The notes beneath the pieces were generated by a model. The model did no database searches, was not told where the DNA came from, and saw only the letters and a list, made by a program, of their open reading frames with translations. DNA of 64,000 bases from NCBI RefSeq assembly GCF_964204645.1, contig NC_134026.1:4921950-4985949 (forward strand), read 5' to 3'. Positions 1-14,318 of this stretch are shown here, one piece after another. The number at the start of each line of letters is the position of its first letter. Position 1 is the stretch's first letter. The position numbers and the translations under genes are program-made. The DNA is from Tubulanus polymorphus (lineage: Eukaryota; Animalia; Nemertea).

Positions 1-1667
1 GAATTATGCTTCGATCAGCCGGGGAGGTTGGAGAGCCGCCTCCCCGGATCGACGAAGCGTGTATGTAGATATTACACGTACGTGTGTTCGCGTTCTCTTG
101 TCCGTCCTACGTAAAAAAATATATTGTATTCGTCGAAAAATGTCGATACTTTACGCATTATTGATGAGCATTTTTTCGATAGTTTGACTGCGCGCATCTT
201 CCACTTGAAGAGCGTAGTTGAATATCAGTGGCGAACGAATACCGATAGAACAATAGTTAGCGTCGGCAGAAGTATCGCCGTTCCACCGTTCCGCTTGTCA
301 CGCGAACATCCGCGAAAAATAGCCACCGGAACAGAAAAACCGAGACGAATTACTTCGCATACCGGTGTAATATTACGCCGATACGAACACGGCGCATATA
401 TATATATTTATATATATAAGCGATTTTAATAAGCCGGTATTAAATATTGTTAATCCGCAGCGCGCGTAAGCTTCCATGGAGACGAACGATCAGGAATGAG
501 AAAATGATTCGAAAGAATTGCAAATGCCTGCGGGATTCGACGTAATCATTAATAAGTGAATTATAATGCATATATTATACTACGATCATGAAAGTGGCGA
601 AAGAAATATCGTTATGAATCCGTATTTGCAGTCATACACTGGAATTACGAAGACAGCTTAGATTAATCTATTCAGTGACGGCGAGAGTGAAATATTCGTA
701 GGACGTCGTTTTTTGATCCACCCTCTTCTTCAATCGCGTTTCGGCGTTGTAGTCGACTCACTTAGATATGAGAATAGGGAAAATCAGACTTTGATGATGT
801 ATTTTCGAGAATACAATAGCTCACGGCATTGTCAAAACGTAGTACGTTGAACAGCGTTTTATGTAGATACGTTTTGGCATTGGATACAAGAAGGGATGCG
901 CTGCGTCATTACTAACACACACCACGCAACAACCGGCAACCCTCTGGTACATAATAAAACAATTTACGATGCTTGCACGCACTGTATAACTCATCTGCAC
1001 ATTGTATCATCAGTAGTAAACTAGTTTGAATCGGATGCGATAATAAAATTGATGGATTAGGTGTGTTTTTGTAATAATAATACGATTTTGATTCTCTTGC
1101 CGCCCCCCCCGAATTGAGTAACCGTGATGAATATCTAACAGATTCATTTCGACGTACTAAAATCTGTTAGAAACCATTTCCGTGTTAACGCTTGAACTTA
1201 CATTTGATAGCAATCCCCGGATGACTAAAGAAAGTCCGTATTGCATTTTAGATATTGAGTGCTAAAAGTAGTCATTGCAAAAAACATCATGATATCGATA
1301 ACTACCTCATCATTTGCATTCTTCACTTTGCACATCTTAACAGTACATCGGATGTCAAATGGTAGATTTAACGGATACTAGATTCGAAAACGTATTTGTA
1401 GATCTCATAAAAGCATTTGATTCGTCAAGAATGTAGATGATAATGAGTTACACAATCTTTAAAACGTCATTTTGAAATATGTTTGTGACAATTTTATACT
1501 GTCATGTAGATATTTCATTAAACTTTCTACAAGTTATTAAGATTGAAATATGTCACATTGCTGTTACCAACATTATTTAATATAATTAATTTATATTGGA
1601 ATTTGTCTTGAACGTGTATATGTAACAAAAACATGTTCAATCATTATTTGTGTTTCATTTGTTCTAG

Positions 1668-1736
1668 GGTCCAATCCATCACTCGTTCTCCCTAAGACAC
1701 AACCAGGCTCATTCAAGCCCGGTCAACAACACAATA
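1668..1736 (+). CDS. candidate alternative 69-nt Lar exon between Ig2 and Ig3
   Basis: tgtttcatttgttctag|...|gtgagc; length 3n; open in phase 1 (GSNPSLVLPKTQPGSFKPGQQHN), matching the phase-1 Ig3 acceptor at 4733. Confidence 0.45.
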
Positions 1737-2230
1737 GTGAGCGCTATGTTCTATTTCACTCATATAATTTTCCGCTTCTCTAAAAACATTTCTCAAAACC
1801 CTTGTTACTGCATTAACAAATGGAATAAGTGTATACAGGTTTTTCAATAATATAATCATGGTTTAGGTCCTTATAGACTTGGTTTCTTAAATCATGTATG
1901 CGGTAAACAAGGGTAAGGCTACTGATATGACTGACAAGTCTGATGAAAATAATTGTTCATCATTACACGATCATATGCCAGAAGCCTGGATATGTTTCAT
2001 GAGAGCTTTAGGGAGTTTGCTGGACAGCCAAGTAACCAAAATTAAATCGCAGCTTTGGCTACTGATTAAACATACGCACAAATACTATTTCTTGAAATGA
2101 GAAAAAAATATCTTTGCGTTTTTCTGCACTGACTGTTTTCTAACCGAGCTATGAAGCACCTACAGGGAGGGAGTATTATTGATATAGATATAGTGCTACA
2201 GTTTGAAATTTGTATCAATTCATTCATATA

Positions 2231-2331
2231 AGCCGTGTCTACACTGGGAGAATCTGGATCTGGGACCTAGAATAAAACAGAATGGATTCAGAACAGTTTA
2301 AAATCGACAGTTCTGCAGTGTAGACAGGGCT
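2231..2331. mobile_element. short MITE, PIF/Harbinger-like termini
   Basis: 16-bp inverted termini agccgtgtctacactg / cagtgtagacagggct (1 mismatch); flanks ata/tta resemble a degenerate TWA TSD. Confidence 0.5.
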
Positions 2332-4732
2332 TTAGACATTCATCATAGAGTTCACTTCACAACTCATGATCTGATCATGATCTTCATCATCATTACCATT
2401 GTAACAATTCACCCGTGAATTTCACTTTTATGTATACAAACCGAACATTTCTACTCAATGCTGTCGTATAAATTGATATAGATTCATCCACAAATCGTGA
2501 TTACTTTGCTTTGCAGTTACTGTAAACACAAACACAAGCGAAAGTGAGTTGATTATCCCAGTATGCCTGATATAACGAACGTAGCTGGTTTTTGCAGGCA
2601 TTGTGCGTGATATACCAGTACTGGTGACAGTTGAGAATGTATATATTTGACCATGTAGACCAGACACGTGCTACGCATGCTTTTCGAGACTTTGGTCAGG
2701 AAATCATTTTCTGCAGCAGTGAATTCGAATTATAAAATCATACGCGATGTCGTGCATGTCAGTACGAGAAAGGCAGTCATTAGTTAGCTTGTAGCGTGTG
2801 AGCGCGGCGGAGAATGAAAAAGGAGCATTTCGCGTGTGCGTCATTCGCCATTTCATCTTCTTCACCTTTGACATGACATGGGCTTGCTGTGATGGCATCG
2901 CTTGAGCGAATATACCCAATTGACCTGGGGAATTTCAGTCGTGCACACGAACTGCTGTGGGTTATCAGCAATAAAAAAAACATCACATTCGCTCCCACTT
3001 TATCAAACAGATTTTCGGAAGTCGTTTAATTTCTATAAAGCGATGCATGCTGTACGCGCAAATCAACTGGATCAGGAAAAATCCTAATCCGAGTCGATGT
3101 CGTACAAAGGGAAAGATTACAACATTCCTGTTAAGTCACAAGCAGCGGCACAAGAGTGGAAAAACTTGCGAATCAATAAACAACAAATTATTCTTGTGTT
3201 CGATAGACTCACACTCACGCAAATTACACAATTGCCATAAAAACCGAAGAACGATTTTTGCCCTTTTCAGTTGTAATTCATTACGTTAATCCCAGTCTGT
3301 TTTGTCCATGTCTTCGTTGATGATTTTTCCTTTTTTCACTTGCGCGTTTTCATTATCATTTTTAGCATTTCATCATTTTTCAGTCATTTCGATTTATAAT
3401 GCGCGCATTCGTTTTCAGTCTCTTTTACACGGTTTGATTTTTTTCCTACGAAATTTCCGCATGACATAGATACTACTAATTTCATTAATTCAAACAAGTA
3501 GCCAAGAAGTAGAGTTAGATGAGCTTGATGCGTATTAACAAACTTGTTTATGTGTTACATAACTTATGACTAATTTGTTTTGCACTTTTGCACATGTATT
3601 GGGACTACATGCAGGATTCGTGCCAAGCGAAATCTGTAGAGCCCACGGATTCAGATACAATTTGCTTGCACCGCTGCACATTTGTTTGTTTACTGATTAT
3701 TTTGTAAAGATCCAGTTTAATTCCAGTGTTTTTTCTTATATGATAGAGTGTGGGTGTGCTGTGTATCATTACTGATTTTTCCGGTAGTCTGGGGAGGTAG
3801 CCAAGGATGCTAGGATAATGCCATCCGTTGGCATGATGAATAAGTAATGATTCAAAATGTTATGAAGTTAATCCGGATAGAATTCCTAATCCTATTTTTG
3901 TTGAGATTTTCGTGTTATTCATGTGCAGTGTACCATCACTCTCGAGGGGACCCGTGTGACTTGGAAACGGGCAATAACTCTCTCAGTCAAACTCGTGTAC
4001 CGGCTCAACTAAACTGGCACATACTAAGACGATAATCGTCGAAACATTCTTGAAGTGAATGTCGATTTCGTCATTTTTATTTTCAACGCGAGGCGACCGC
4101 ATTGCCTGATACAGCTTCGATTGTGGTTTTATTAGGCGCCGCTTATACCGAGGACTATCCATACACCAGTGCCACAGCACTACATGACTTTGACATTAAG
4201 GTCACCTAAGTTATTGGCCACTCAAGAGACGGTCGTAATGGACATGGCCCATGCGCTGCATAAGAATCTAGTAATTTGGCAAAACATATATTGTTGGCCA
4301 TGTTTCTGTGACAGCGATCTTGTAAAAGTGCTAAAATTTACGCCGCCTTATTGACCATCATCTTTGGCCGAGCGTTGCTAATCACATAGCATTTATTACA
4401 GTTTGCGCGGCACTACTAAGCAACTATTTTGATATCAAGTGTCCATTAAGGCTTACCCATGGGTGAAGAAAGCGGTCTTAGCTCTTAGCAAAGGCTTATC
4501 CATAAAAAGGCCATGAATAAGTCATCGAACGAAGTTTACTTACCCCTCAAGGAGGTACATCGAACAATGCACTAGCCTCGGGTTGTTTAACAAGTAGAAG
4601 CTTAATGTTATTAGAGTTTGAAATGATATAGTTAAAAAAATCGATGAACTATCGAACGTGATCAATCCGATTTGTTTTCAGCGTTCGTTTCGAACTGATA
4701 TTAATTTGAATATGTTTTGCATATGTTTACAG

Positions 4733-7700
4733 TACGTCGCGTTCCGCCTCACTTTTCGATACCGCCCGAAAACGTCGAGGTGCTTCCCGGAGGAGCCGTG
4801 AATTTGACGTGCGTCGCCGTCGGCTCGCCGATGCCGTACGTGAAGTGGCGCAAAGGTGCCGAAGAACTGACAAGCGACGACAACATCCCCATCGGTAAAA
4901 ACGTGCTGATGTTGACGAACGTGCGGGAATCAACAAATTACACTTGCGTTGCGTCGTCAACATTGGGCAACATCGAATCCGTGGCCCAAGTCCGAGTGAA
5001 AGGTACGTTTTGTAATTCGCCCCCATATATGTCAGTATATATAACCTTACCCGAGTTCATATATTATTAAGGTATTGAAGGCTATTTCGAAAGGACAAAT
5101 CCAGTCAAATTTTCATTTGTGATTCTAATCATATTTTTTTCAAAGATCGGCTATTAATGGTTACTTTCAAAATCATGCTGTTGCCATTATCATAATTATC
5201 GTAGATATCCTGTAGGAAATAATCAAAGAAATGAACAGATTTGTCTGGTGTGGGAATCTCGTTGAACTGATTATCCCTTAATCAATCAAATTTAGCTCTT
5301 TATCAGAGAAACTTTCTCGACAAAACTTCTTTTAAATGCCAAATTAAGCGCGATCGATTTTAGGCTCAGTTTATATGCTCGAAGATCAAAATCTATCAAC
5401 CGCAACAAGAATGTTTCCCCTCGAGGAAAATGGGATTATTTTTCTCGTGACTGACAGTGACAGTTCATGATTATAATCGTTAAGACATGTTTCGGTTTCG
5501 ATCAGATGCGTTTCAAATAGTCACTAGTGAAATGTCAAGCTTTGTATAAACTATGGTAATGATATGCTGATGAAAAATATCATCATATGAATAGAATCCA
5601 ACTAGAAATAAATTGAACATCAATGGATTTGTACATCATTGTCAACAGCGTGTTACTCACGAAGTAGCCTAATACGTCGTTCAATATTATACGCTTCTTA
5701 ACATTGCGAGCACACTTTCTGTGCCGATTCCCCCAGTCAAACTTAAAAAACTAAGTTTTTCAAGGTATCAATCAGTTTTGAAGCTGCTTCCTTCCTGTGC
5801 GGGCCTAATGCTTCATCTAATCCTTATCCTGTCCAATTATCCCAAGGTTTATGTATACATGTGACCAACCCTTTGATGAATCCAAGATTCCGAGAATTCA
5901 GGGTTAGCTATGCTGTTATGACCAGGGGAGGTCGTGCCCGGTTTGACTGCTATTTTTTCTGCAGATATTCTAATGGTTTGCCTTCATGATTATCAATAAT
6001 CTTTCCTATCGAATACTTGTTCTTTATCTCCTTTTACGATTTTTTATTCTCTTGAAAATCGCGAAGTTTAGAATAGTATCCCAACCACCGCACTGCGTAT
6101 GATTTTAGACAGAAAAGAAACTATTGTAATGATGAACGCAACGCTATAAATATCTCGTAACATAACTTCAAACTGAAGTCATCAAAGGGATTCCTGTTGC
6201 CCTCCTGTTTCTCCATCGTATTCTGTGTATAACTTAACTAACGACATAAGTTTTTTTGCTATAGAAAAGGTGCAACCATCACCAACGGCCTTATATGGTG
6301 AGCCTTTAGGCGAATATATTTAGATTTTCTCATTTTGTTCTAATTTAGACTTTTTTCGCTTTGAAATAAATATTCGGTGGTGGTCAACCTGTCGTATACA
6401 TATATATTTATAGATATATTTTTGTATAGTGCCCTTTTGGTCCAATTCCAGCTTAGTTGCGGTATTTTTATTTTTCTGCTTAACTCGGGATAGAAATGAT
6501 GCCTTCACGTCTATTTCATCCTTTTCGATCAATTTCTCGTGTATTTTTTTTCTCTTTTTGATGTACTTCCTTCTTCTTACACTCGATTTAGGTATAATTT
6601 TGATATTTCTACTTCATTGTATCGGTTACTTGGGTTTAAGGGTTGGTCATATGGTTTCAGGTTCTATTTCATACGTTAAACATTTAGCACTACGATGCAT
6701 GGTTGGTGAAGGCTTCCCGCTGGCTGACTGACTGGCTGGCTGGCTGGCGCATTTGAAAACCGGCATACCCGCAATATCACCAACAACCAACATATCACCA
6801 TTAACCATATCATTACCACACATCATTCTCCATCCATATCGCGTACAGTTTGATATATATCATTGTGACGACTCGTCCTATTCTGCTGTGGTATATATTT
6901 ATATTTGCTGTGAACTAGAATGAAGGACGGAAGCATGTCTTTTAGATACCTTTCACGGCGGCATCATGTAAAAGCCTAGTCATCAGAACTATACACCGAT
7001 CACGTCAAAGCTGTTTATGACGAGAATTACAGCTATTTTGGAAAGTTTTTTTTTGTTGAATGTCGCGTTCTGATGACGATGCTTAGGTCGATTCATGTGT
7101 ATATCCGTTTCGAGACAAAACGCATATATCGTTGTATAATGCTCTTTTGCTTCAGCCATGCCAAAACCGCCCATTAACGTAGGTTTCACCGAGGTACTGC
7201 CGAACCAGGTGAAGCTGTCTTGGAGTTCGGGCAACACGGATCCGATCGATTTTTACACGGTCGAATACAAACCGAAATTCGTGAACGTGCGCTATTCGGA
7301 AATACCGAACATACGCGACACCGAATGCATCATACGCGACCTTGAACCTCACACCGAGTACGAATTTCGAATCGTGGCCAACAATAACGTCGGCCGAGGA
7401 GTGCCGAGCGATCCGTTTCATGTTACAACCGGAGAAATGCGTCAGTACCTAAACATTTGGAATCTAGATGTTGTTAGCTACTACTCTTGTGATCATTTTA
7501 TTTTTTGATTTTTTTCTTCACGTCTCTCCAAATATTTGTATAAGTGTATACATACAAGATCTTAAACTACTGAGTTTTCAAAAAAATCTATCATTCTTTG
7601 AAGCCTGTGGTTATAAGAACTGCAGCGGTAATCATTGAATATTAGCTTCGATTTTTCTTTTTAAACCTACGCACCTCTTCAAATGTACAAATATCGGCTA

Positions 7701-10700
7701 TTCTCCTGAACTGAAGCTGATTATTACCTATAGAATATGTTGTATGTATACAAGGTGTTGTAAACGTGATGGTTTTCTTGGTCCTCTGAATCTGTGTTCA
7801 TCCAAATCATTCCTCTTACTAGAACGTTATGGCAATTCAATTACAATAATGAACAAACTTGTTAGGACAAAAGAGGAAAATCCATCATATCAACTAATCT
7901 GACTATTTGGGAGACCTGTTGATTATCACCTTGTTTTTTCGATGATTTGATAAAGGCTAGTGGAACCATGTCATCAAGTTCTAACTGACATATATCACAA
8001 TCTGTTTGAATAAAGGGCTTCTGCTGCATTAAGTCACAAGTGGGTAATTGATACCCTGGTATTTTGTTTCTGTGGGCATCATATTCGCATTTTCATATCA
8101 TAATATTTCGGCATCACATCAAACAAACCACGTTTTCGCCTTGAAACTGCTCTAGCTTCTAGCTAAGTTACCCATAAATTACACCTGACATTCTTGGGAT
8201 TGTAGCCTGGTTTGCAATTTCCTGTGAGTCACCATCGTTTGAACCTATCATTTCGTCCCAAACCACCGTTCTCATCGCTGACTCGAGCGCGCGGCGATGT
8301 GTCTTAATCCAGTCCAATTATAACATGATGGCGACAAGAACCGCTAGGCTTCTTTCATCGTTTGTTGCTCCATGCTCATGCATGCACGTTGTGTCATGTT
8401 TGTTCGTCAGTTCGATTGCTTCGCTTTGCTACGACCGTCGTCGTCGCTGGTACGCTTTATTCCCGTGTGTGACAAAACGACAAGATGGATGGCTTCGTCG
8501 CATACACGAATATGTTGTCAGTCGTAATTAGACGAAATTATCAATCGAAATGCGTGCGAACGTGCCGCCAAGATTCGCCGAAACCGGTGTGTACCCCCTG
8601 ACGGGATAAAACAATAAAGCGAAGTTGGTGATATTTACTCGTGAAGACAGGAGGGAAATCAGTTTGCCGAGCTGTAACGATGTCTGAATACGAGAGAGAG
8701 AGCCCCTAAATCTATGATTATCTCGTGGGCTGTATGACGATATGAAAAGCATCGAATGTAGAATTGCGATAATTTCATTTGTCCACAAATCCCACTCGAC
8801 GTTCGTCTTTTGTAGTAACAAATGCGTGGATACTACTATCGTCATTGTCGTGCAGCGTTGTGGGCAAAAAGAAAGAAAGTATCGGCCCAACCTCCAAAAG
8901 TATCCTCATCCCGGGTATTTCTTTACCATAACACAAAAACAGGAGAAAAAGACGAGCGAGCAGCTCAGAATTGATGACAATCGAACAAAACGATTTTGCG
9001 AACAAGCTGGAAAGGGTTAAAGTCTATGTCGCTACAGGGCAATAAAACTATTGTCGAATATGATGCTGCAATCAGCTTGCCTTTTAACTATAATGTGATA
9101 CAATGTCAAAATTTACTTAGCCGAACAAATATGTGATAAATTTGTCGATAATCATGGTTTCACTCGCCTGAGATAAAAAGCTGATACATTTACGAACGAT
9201 CATTTGTAGTAGTATATAAATAGTGCATCGTCTTCTTGGTGTAGTCATTATTATTTTTTGTTGTCGTTGCTGCTACTGCCAGTGGTACCTGGTAATTTTT
9301 TTTGGAGGCCTGACGTAGAATAGTGCTTCTCAGCCTACATCAAATATTTTTATTTTTGTGTCACTTTTTCAATCAAAGCCATTATCATACCTCGAGTGGA
9401 ACGGCTGTTGATTGTTTTTATCATTCAACAGTGCATACGCACGTTGGTAGTTGTTGCATGAAGTCTCTGAAATGATGCGACCAAACCGTCAATGCAATTT
9501 CAGTATTTTCAAATGTTAGCAAATAAGGGTAGGCTACATATTTCCAAATAGTAGGTTACATAAACTTGTTACTTTTTGCTTTGCATTTTCGAGGTCCATC
9601 ATTTCATAGATGAAATAAATTTGCATGCGCTTTTTTATGATTTTTTCCCCCCATTAACTCACTTCTTTGTTCGATCATAGATTTGACTTGATTTGATTCA
9701 TTTTTCTTTTAATGGAGTAAAAATTCGAGAAAGAATTTTGTTTCTTTTTCATGATAGATGAAAAGATATTTTTTGTTTGTGTGTTAATTAATCACTTGCA
9801 GATAAAGAAAGAAATAATTATCAGAGTAAGATACTTTCTTATGAATTGAAAAGAAATAAATATCAGATTCAAGTTAAATCTTAAATAGACATTCTGATTT
9901 TACTAAGGCCTTGGTGGGTATTTGACCAGCATATTCGTTTATATTATTAACAGCACCAGGAAGCCCTCCACGGAATGTGAGAGCAAGACCCCTCAGCTCA
10001 AGTACTGTGCTTATTGAATGGGATGAGCCACTCATACCAAATGGTGTAATCAAGGTAAGCTCTTTGACACCTGCTATGATTCTGTCCACTTTTTTGTCCG
10101 AAAGTCTATGGTACAGTTGTCAGGTCGTTTTGGAACATTGTGGTACGTGGTATTGCATAACTTAAGAGCGATATGTGTGAATCCAAGGTTCTTCTGGTAT
10201 ATAAGCAATCTAAAGCAAGACTAGACAAAATACCTTCCTGTTCAAATATCTACAGATTGCACTTGATTACATATGAAAATGCTCAACTGATATTCAGGAA
10301 TAACAACTGCTACAAAGAGCGGTTCTTCATTTCAACGTGATAGACGAGCATCTAGCAATTTCTTTATCGATTTCGAAAATAACAGCTCTTTAGCTGAATA
10401 ATCATCTTCAGTGCGCTCGGTGTCTACACAGTTTGTTAATGTAATTTGTTCTTTACACGTCTGTGTTTATATTCAGAAATGTAAACGCACACACACGACG
10501 ACCATCTCATCCGCGCTAATTCCGCCATCCGCATCTATCAAAGGAAATTTCTTCATCTGTCGTATTTTTCTAATTTTCCGTGTACCTGTCTCATTTGATA
10601 ACACGACAGAAATCAATCTGGGAAAATCGATGCGAATAATTAATCTCGCTCACTCGACACTTCAAGGCGCCGACTTATCGCGGCGTTCTACCCCTTGTGA

Positions 10701-13700
10701 TTTAACTTAAGGCGTTTGCGCGTCTTTTGTAGATATCGAAGAGAACGTCTTGTCAACGCGGCTATCGAACCAGAAAAAACAATTTTCTAATATCGATCTG
10801 ACAGACACGCGCGTGTGCATCTAGAAAGAAAAGAACAAAATATTATTAACCACACCTGTAGTAGATCTATCAATCTGATCTGAAATGAAAAGCCCAATTT
10901 CGATGTAACTCAGTTTTTCAGCATTCGATGATTTTTATGTAGGTCACGTATTACGGGTACCCAGTTCTTCTCCTGAGCGTATAGAGACCAATGCACACAA
11001 CGCAGGGAAACATGGAAACATGAGACAGAAAGATATTTCCAAGCGTTTCCAGTGTCGTGTAAGGAACAGATTTCTGAATACAATGATTCCATGATCAAAC
11101 ATGTTTGATTCCATGTTTCTATGTTTCCACGTTTCCTTGCGTCATGTGCATTGGGCTCAAAGAAATAAGAAATGAAGTGACGAAGAAAAAATATATAATT
11201 GAGCTTGCGTGAATTATGGATGTTTTACTGAGATGTTGAGGTAAATATGGCGTTCTTTTTTTTTCAGGGGTACAAAGTATTCTACACATTGCAGCCCGAG
11301 CTAGCGATCAGTACGTGGGACCACGAGGTGGTCGAAAACAACAACAACATTCAACTGACCACAATTGGTAATTTGGTGATCAACAGGACGTACACGATAT
11401 GCGTGTTAGCGTTTACTAGCGTCGGAAGCGGACCGCTGTCCGAACAGATCAAAGTGAAAACTCAACAAGGAGGTATGCCAAAATATCCCCAATTTACTGC
11501 ATTGAAAAGTACATATAAGATAAATGATTGTATCAACCCTGTATGATATGTGTATGCATATGAGTTTGATTTAATGATATTGTATGACTCTAGTGATGAT
11601 ATTTTCAAATTACGAATTTCAGCTTTGACTTACAGCCGACTGGTGATGGAAAACCTAGAGCGTCTCGTTACTGTATTCATACAAAAGTTTTGTTTACAGA
11701 TCTATGATGACTTAAAGCCATTTTCCTACGGTACCTGAGGGCGTCGAATTTCAAGAGAACTGTTCCCGACGACGACGTGGCGAATGGTAATCTTCCGAGG
11801 TCATTACCTCGATTGATCGATCGAAGGCTGCGTCTGCTATGAAAAATCTGTCGTTACATATCAATATCCCTTCCCATCGAGTTCAATGAAATTTTTACGC
11901 TTTCTTTCAATATTGCTTCGTGAAGAGGACGATTTTATTGAAACTTTGCAGATCGAAAAGTCGTATACTTTGCCCCCAGAGCGCCGTCTCTGACGAATGA
12001 GTGAACGGAATGATGAGTGAATGTGGTGCAGTTTCATGCGAAGTTTAAAGCGCCTGCACTTTTTTGTTTTTCAAAATCCGAACGAACGAACGATCCCCTA
12101 TCAATAATTAACGAAATAGCGATGCATGGTAGAATCATCTGCATGTTAGATTTTGATGATAATCAATATGATCCTGCTAGAATTATTTTCATAATCGAGT
12201 ACTTAGATGACCGTTGATTTTTTAGATACTTTTGATTCGCAAATGAAGCACGTGATTGTCTGGAGGGTTATTCAGTGTTCTTAAGTCATATCAAAAATTC
12301 ATAAAGACTAGTCTTTATGAATTTTTGGTCATATTCAATCGTTCATAGATATCTGTGTACTGTATGCACTTATCAAAAATCATTTCGAAGAAAATTTTTC
12401 AACTCCCCTCCAGAGTCGGGTATAGGCACGCTTTCATGAACAACTCGATGCACTTATTTGACCTCCGATGGGACGAAAACGTGCCTGCGCGTCTGCGAAT
12501 TAAACTATGTTTTCTGTTTGCCTAATGCCTAATCCACTCCGTCCATCCCCTCTCGCTTACGTACCGATTAACAAACAAATTTCATGATCTTTTTACAACG
12601 TAGTAACAGCTCCACCAGATATAATAGTAACAACACCAGGTATATTTTACAGGAATGCGAACGTATATGTTTCATACAGCGATCTCGTCCTATATGATAT
12701 GAATATTCTGTTTCTCCTTTTTGCCCATGTATATGTCCTCTTTCTTACGTGAATGTTGGTTGGAGACTTTCAGCCACCTTCGTCGACGTAATGCGCCCAC
12801 TCGTTCTACTACCTTTTTTGAAGTCGTCATAGTCTGCTCGGAAGATACGACGGCGCATCTTTCTGATGATTAGTTGAACCGTAAAAATAGTTCCTGACTT
12901 CAGGCATGAATTGAATAACATGAAAGTCATCTTTGAATCTGATTTTATTCAAATGTCATACAACCTTTAGCATTTCGAAAAAACCATCAAAGTATTTCTA
13001 TTTAGGTGTCTCATTCATGATGTAGTCGTAACTTGAGAAATCTATGACAACCGACATACTAATTCTAGCTCTACGTATCCACGGATTAGTCCAAATTGAA
13101 GATTTGTTAATTTGATTCAGCAGCCCAAAGCCTCATGAGTATATAAAGTCCTATTGCTTTAGTAACAAACAAGTTTTCTCTTTTGTATTATTATAATATG
13201 CCTTGGACTAATCTTGGATCGGGCTGCAAGTCTCCGACCGGACGCGCGTTCAATTCCTGTAAATGCATGAATTACCGTTTTTTTGTTTTTTTTTTTTTAG
13301 TTAATGATTACAGGTTTTTCTCTCCACATGAACATGCGAACACCACCCCCTGATGCATGATCAACGAACATTCTCCACAATAACTAATATAAACATCACT
13401 TATAATAATCCGGTTACTGTTTGAAAGTGAAGATTATGTAGATTTTTTTCGATGGAAGAACAAATCAGATGTCTACGTTTTGTAACTACATAATCTTCGC
13501 TTCTCATTACCTTACACCGGGAATTTTTACAGAGAATATTTGCTCACACCTGTTCAGGATTTAAAAAATCTTCGAAATCAGATAATTCCAGATCGATGGT
13601 GGCATTCACTTGACAACATGTGCTGAGTTTTTGATTTGTAATTCGCCACTGCTTTTAGGTCAATAAGGCGAAAAACTTTCGAAACAGATTTCGCAGGTGT

Positions 13701-14287
13701 TTTAGAATTCTAACTTGTTGGACATTAAACTTATCAAAACCTTCAAAGCCTCATCTACAGCCACCTAATGGTACATATTTTGATCTTCGGTGTTTGGTAG
13801 AATTTTTGGACGGCTTTGATGAGGCTTCAGTGGTTATATGTAACAATTTTATAACTGATTTACCTTGCATGACATACTATGATATGCATTAATCTGAAAC
13901 ATCTTCTTACTCCCATACAGGTCTCTATCTCCATCTGCCATATTACAATTCTCTTTTTCATTCTTCATCTCAAAAAAGCACATCGACCATTCATATCGAG
14001 AATACAGATTTTCCAAATGCGAGTCTTGAAAACTTACGTGAAAAAAATTGGGAAAAAAATACCACATAGATCGCTCATACTTTCCGGGCTGAGAGCTCTC
14101 AGTTGTATGTTTCAGACATAAATAATTCAAGGCATTGAATCTACAGTCATTGCAAATGGTCGCTTTGCTATTTTGGGAGACATTTTTCAGGCTTCAACAT
14201 GAAACAGCTATATACTCAGTACTATTATATATGAACACTTATGATCAATGCAAACAGAAATTTCATATTCTTTCTTTATATACTCTA

Positions 14288-14318
<31 letters not shown>

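Noticed and set aside
6849-6890. 42-nt AG..GT segment in Ig3/FN1 intron
   Set aside because: In-frame TGA in phase 1 and mediocre donor.
8206-8223. 18-nt in-frame exon candidate with gtgagt donor
   Set aside because: Poor pyrimidine tract; not distinguishable from chance without reads.
9200-9292. Hydrophobic stretch as alternative signal-peptide first exon
   Set aside because: Stops just upstream in all three frames with no ATG; better explained as a pyrimidine tract.
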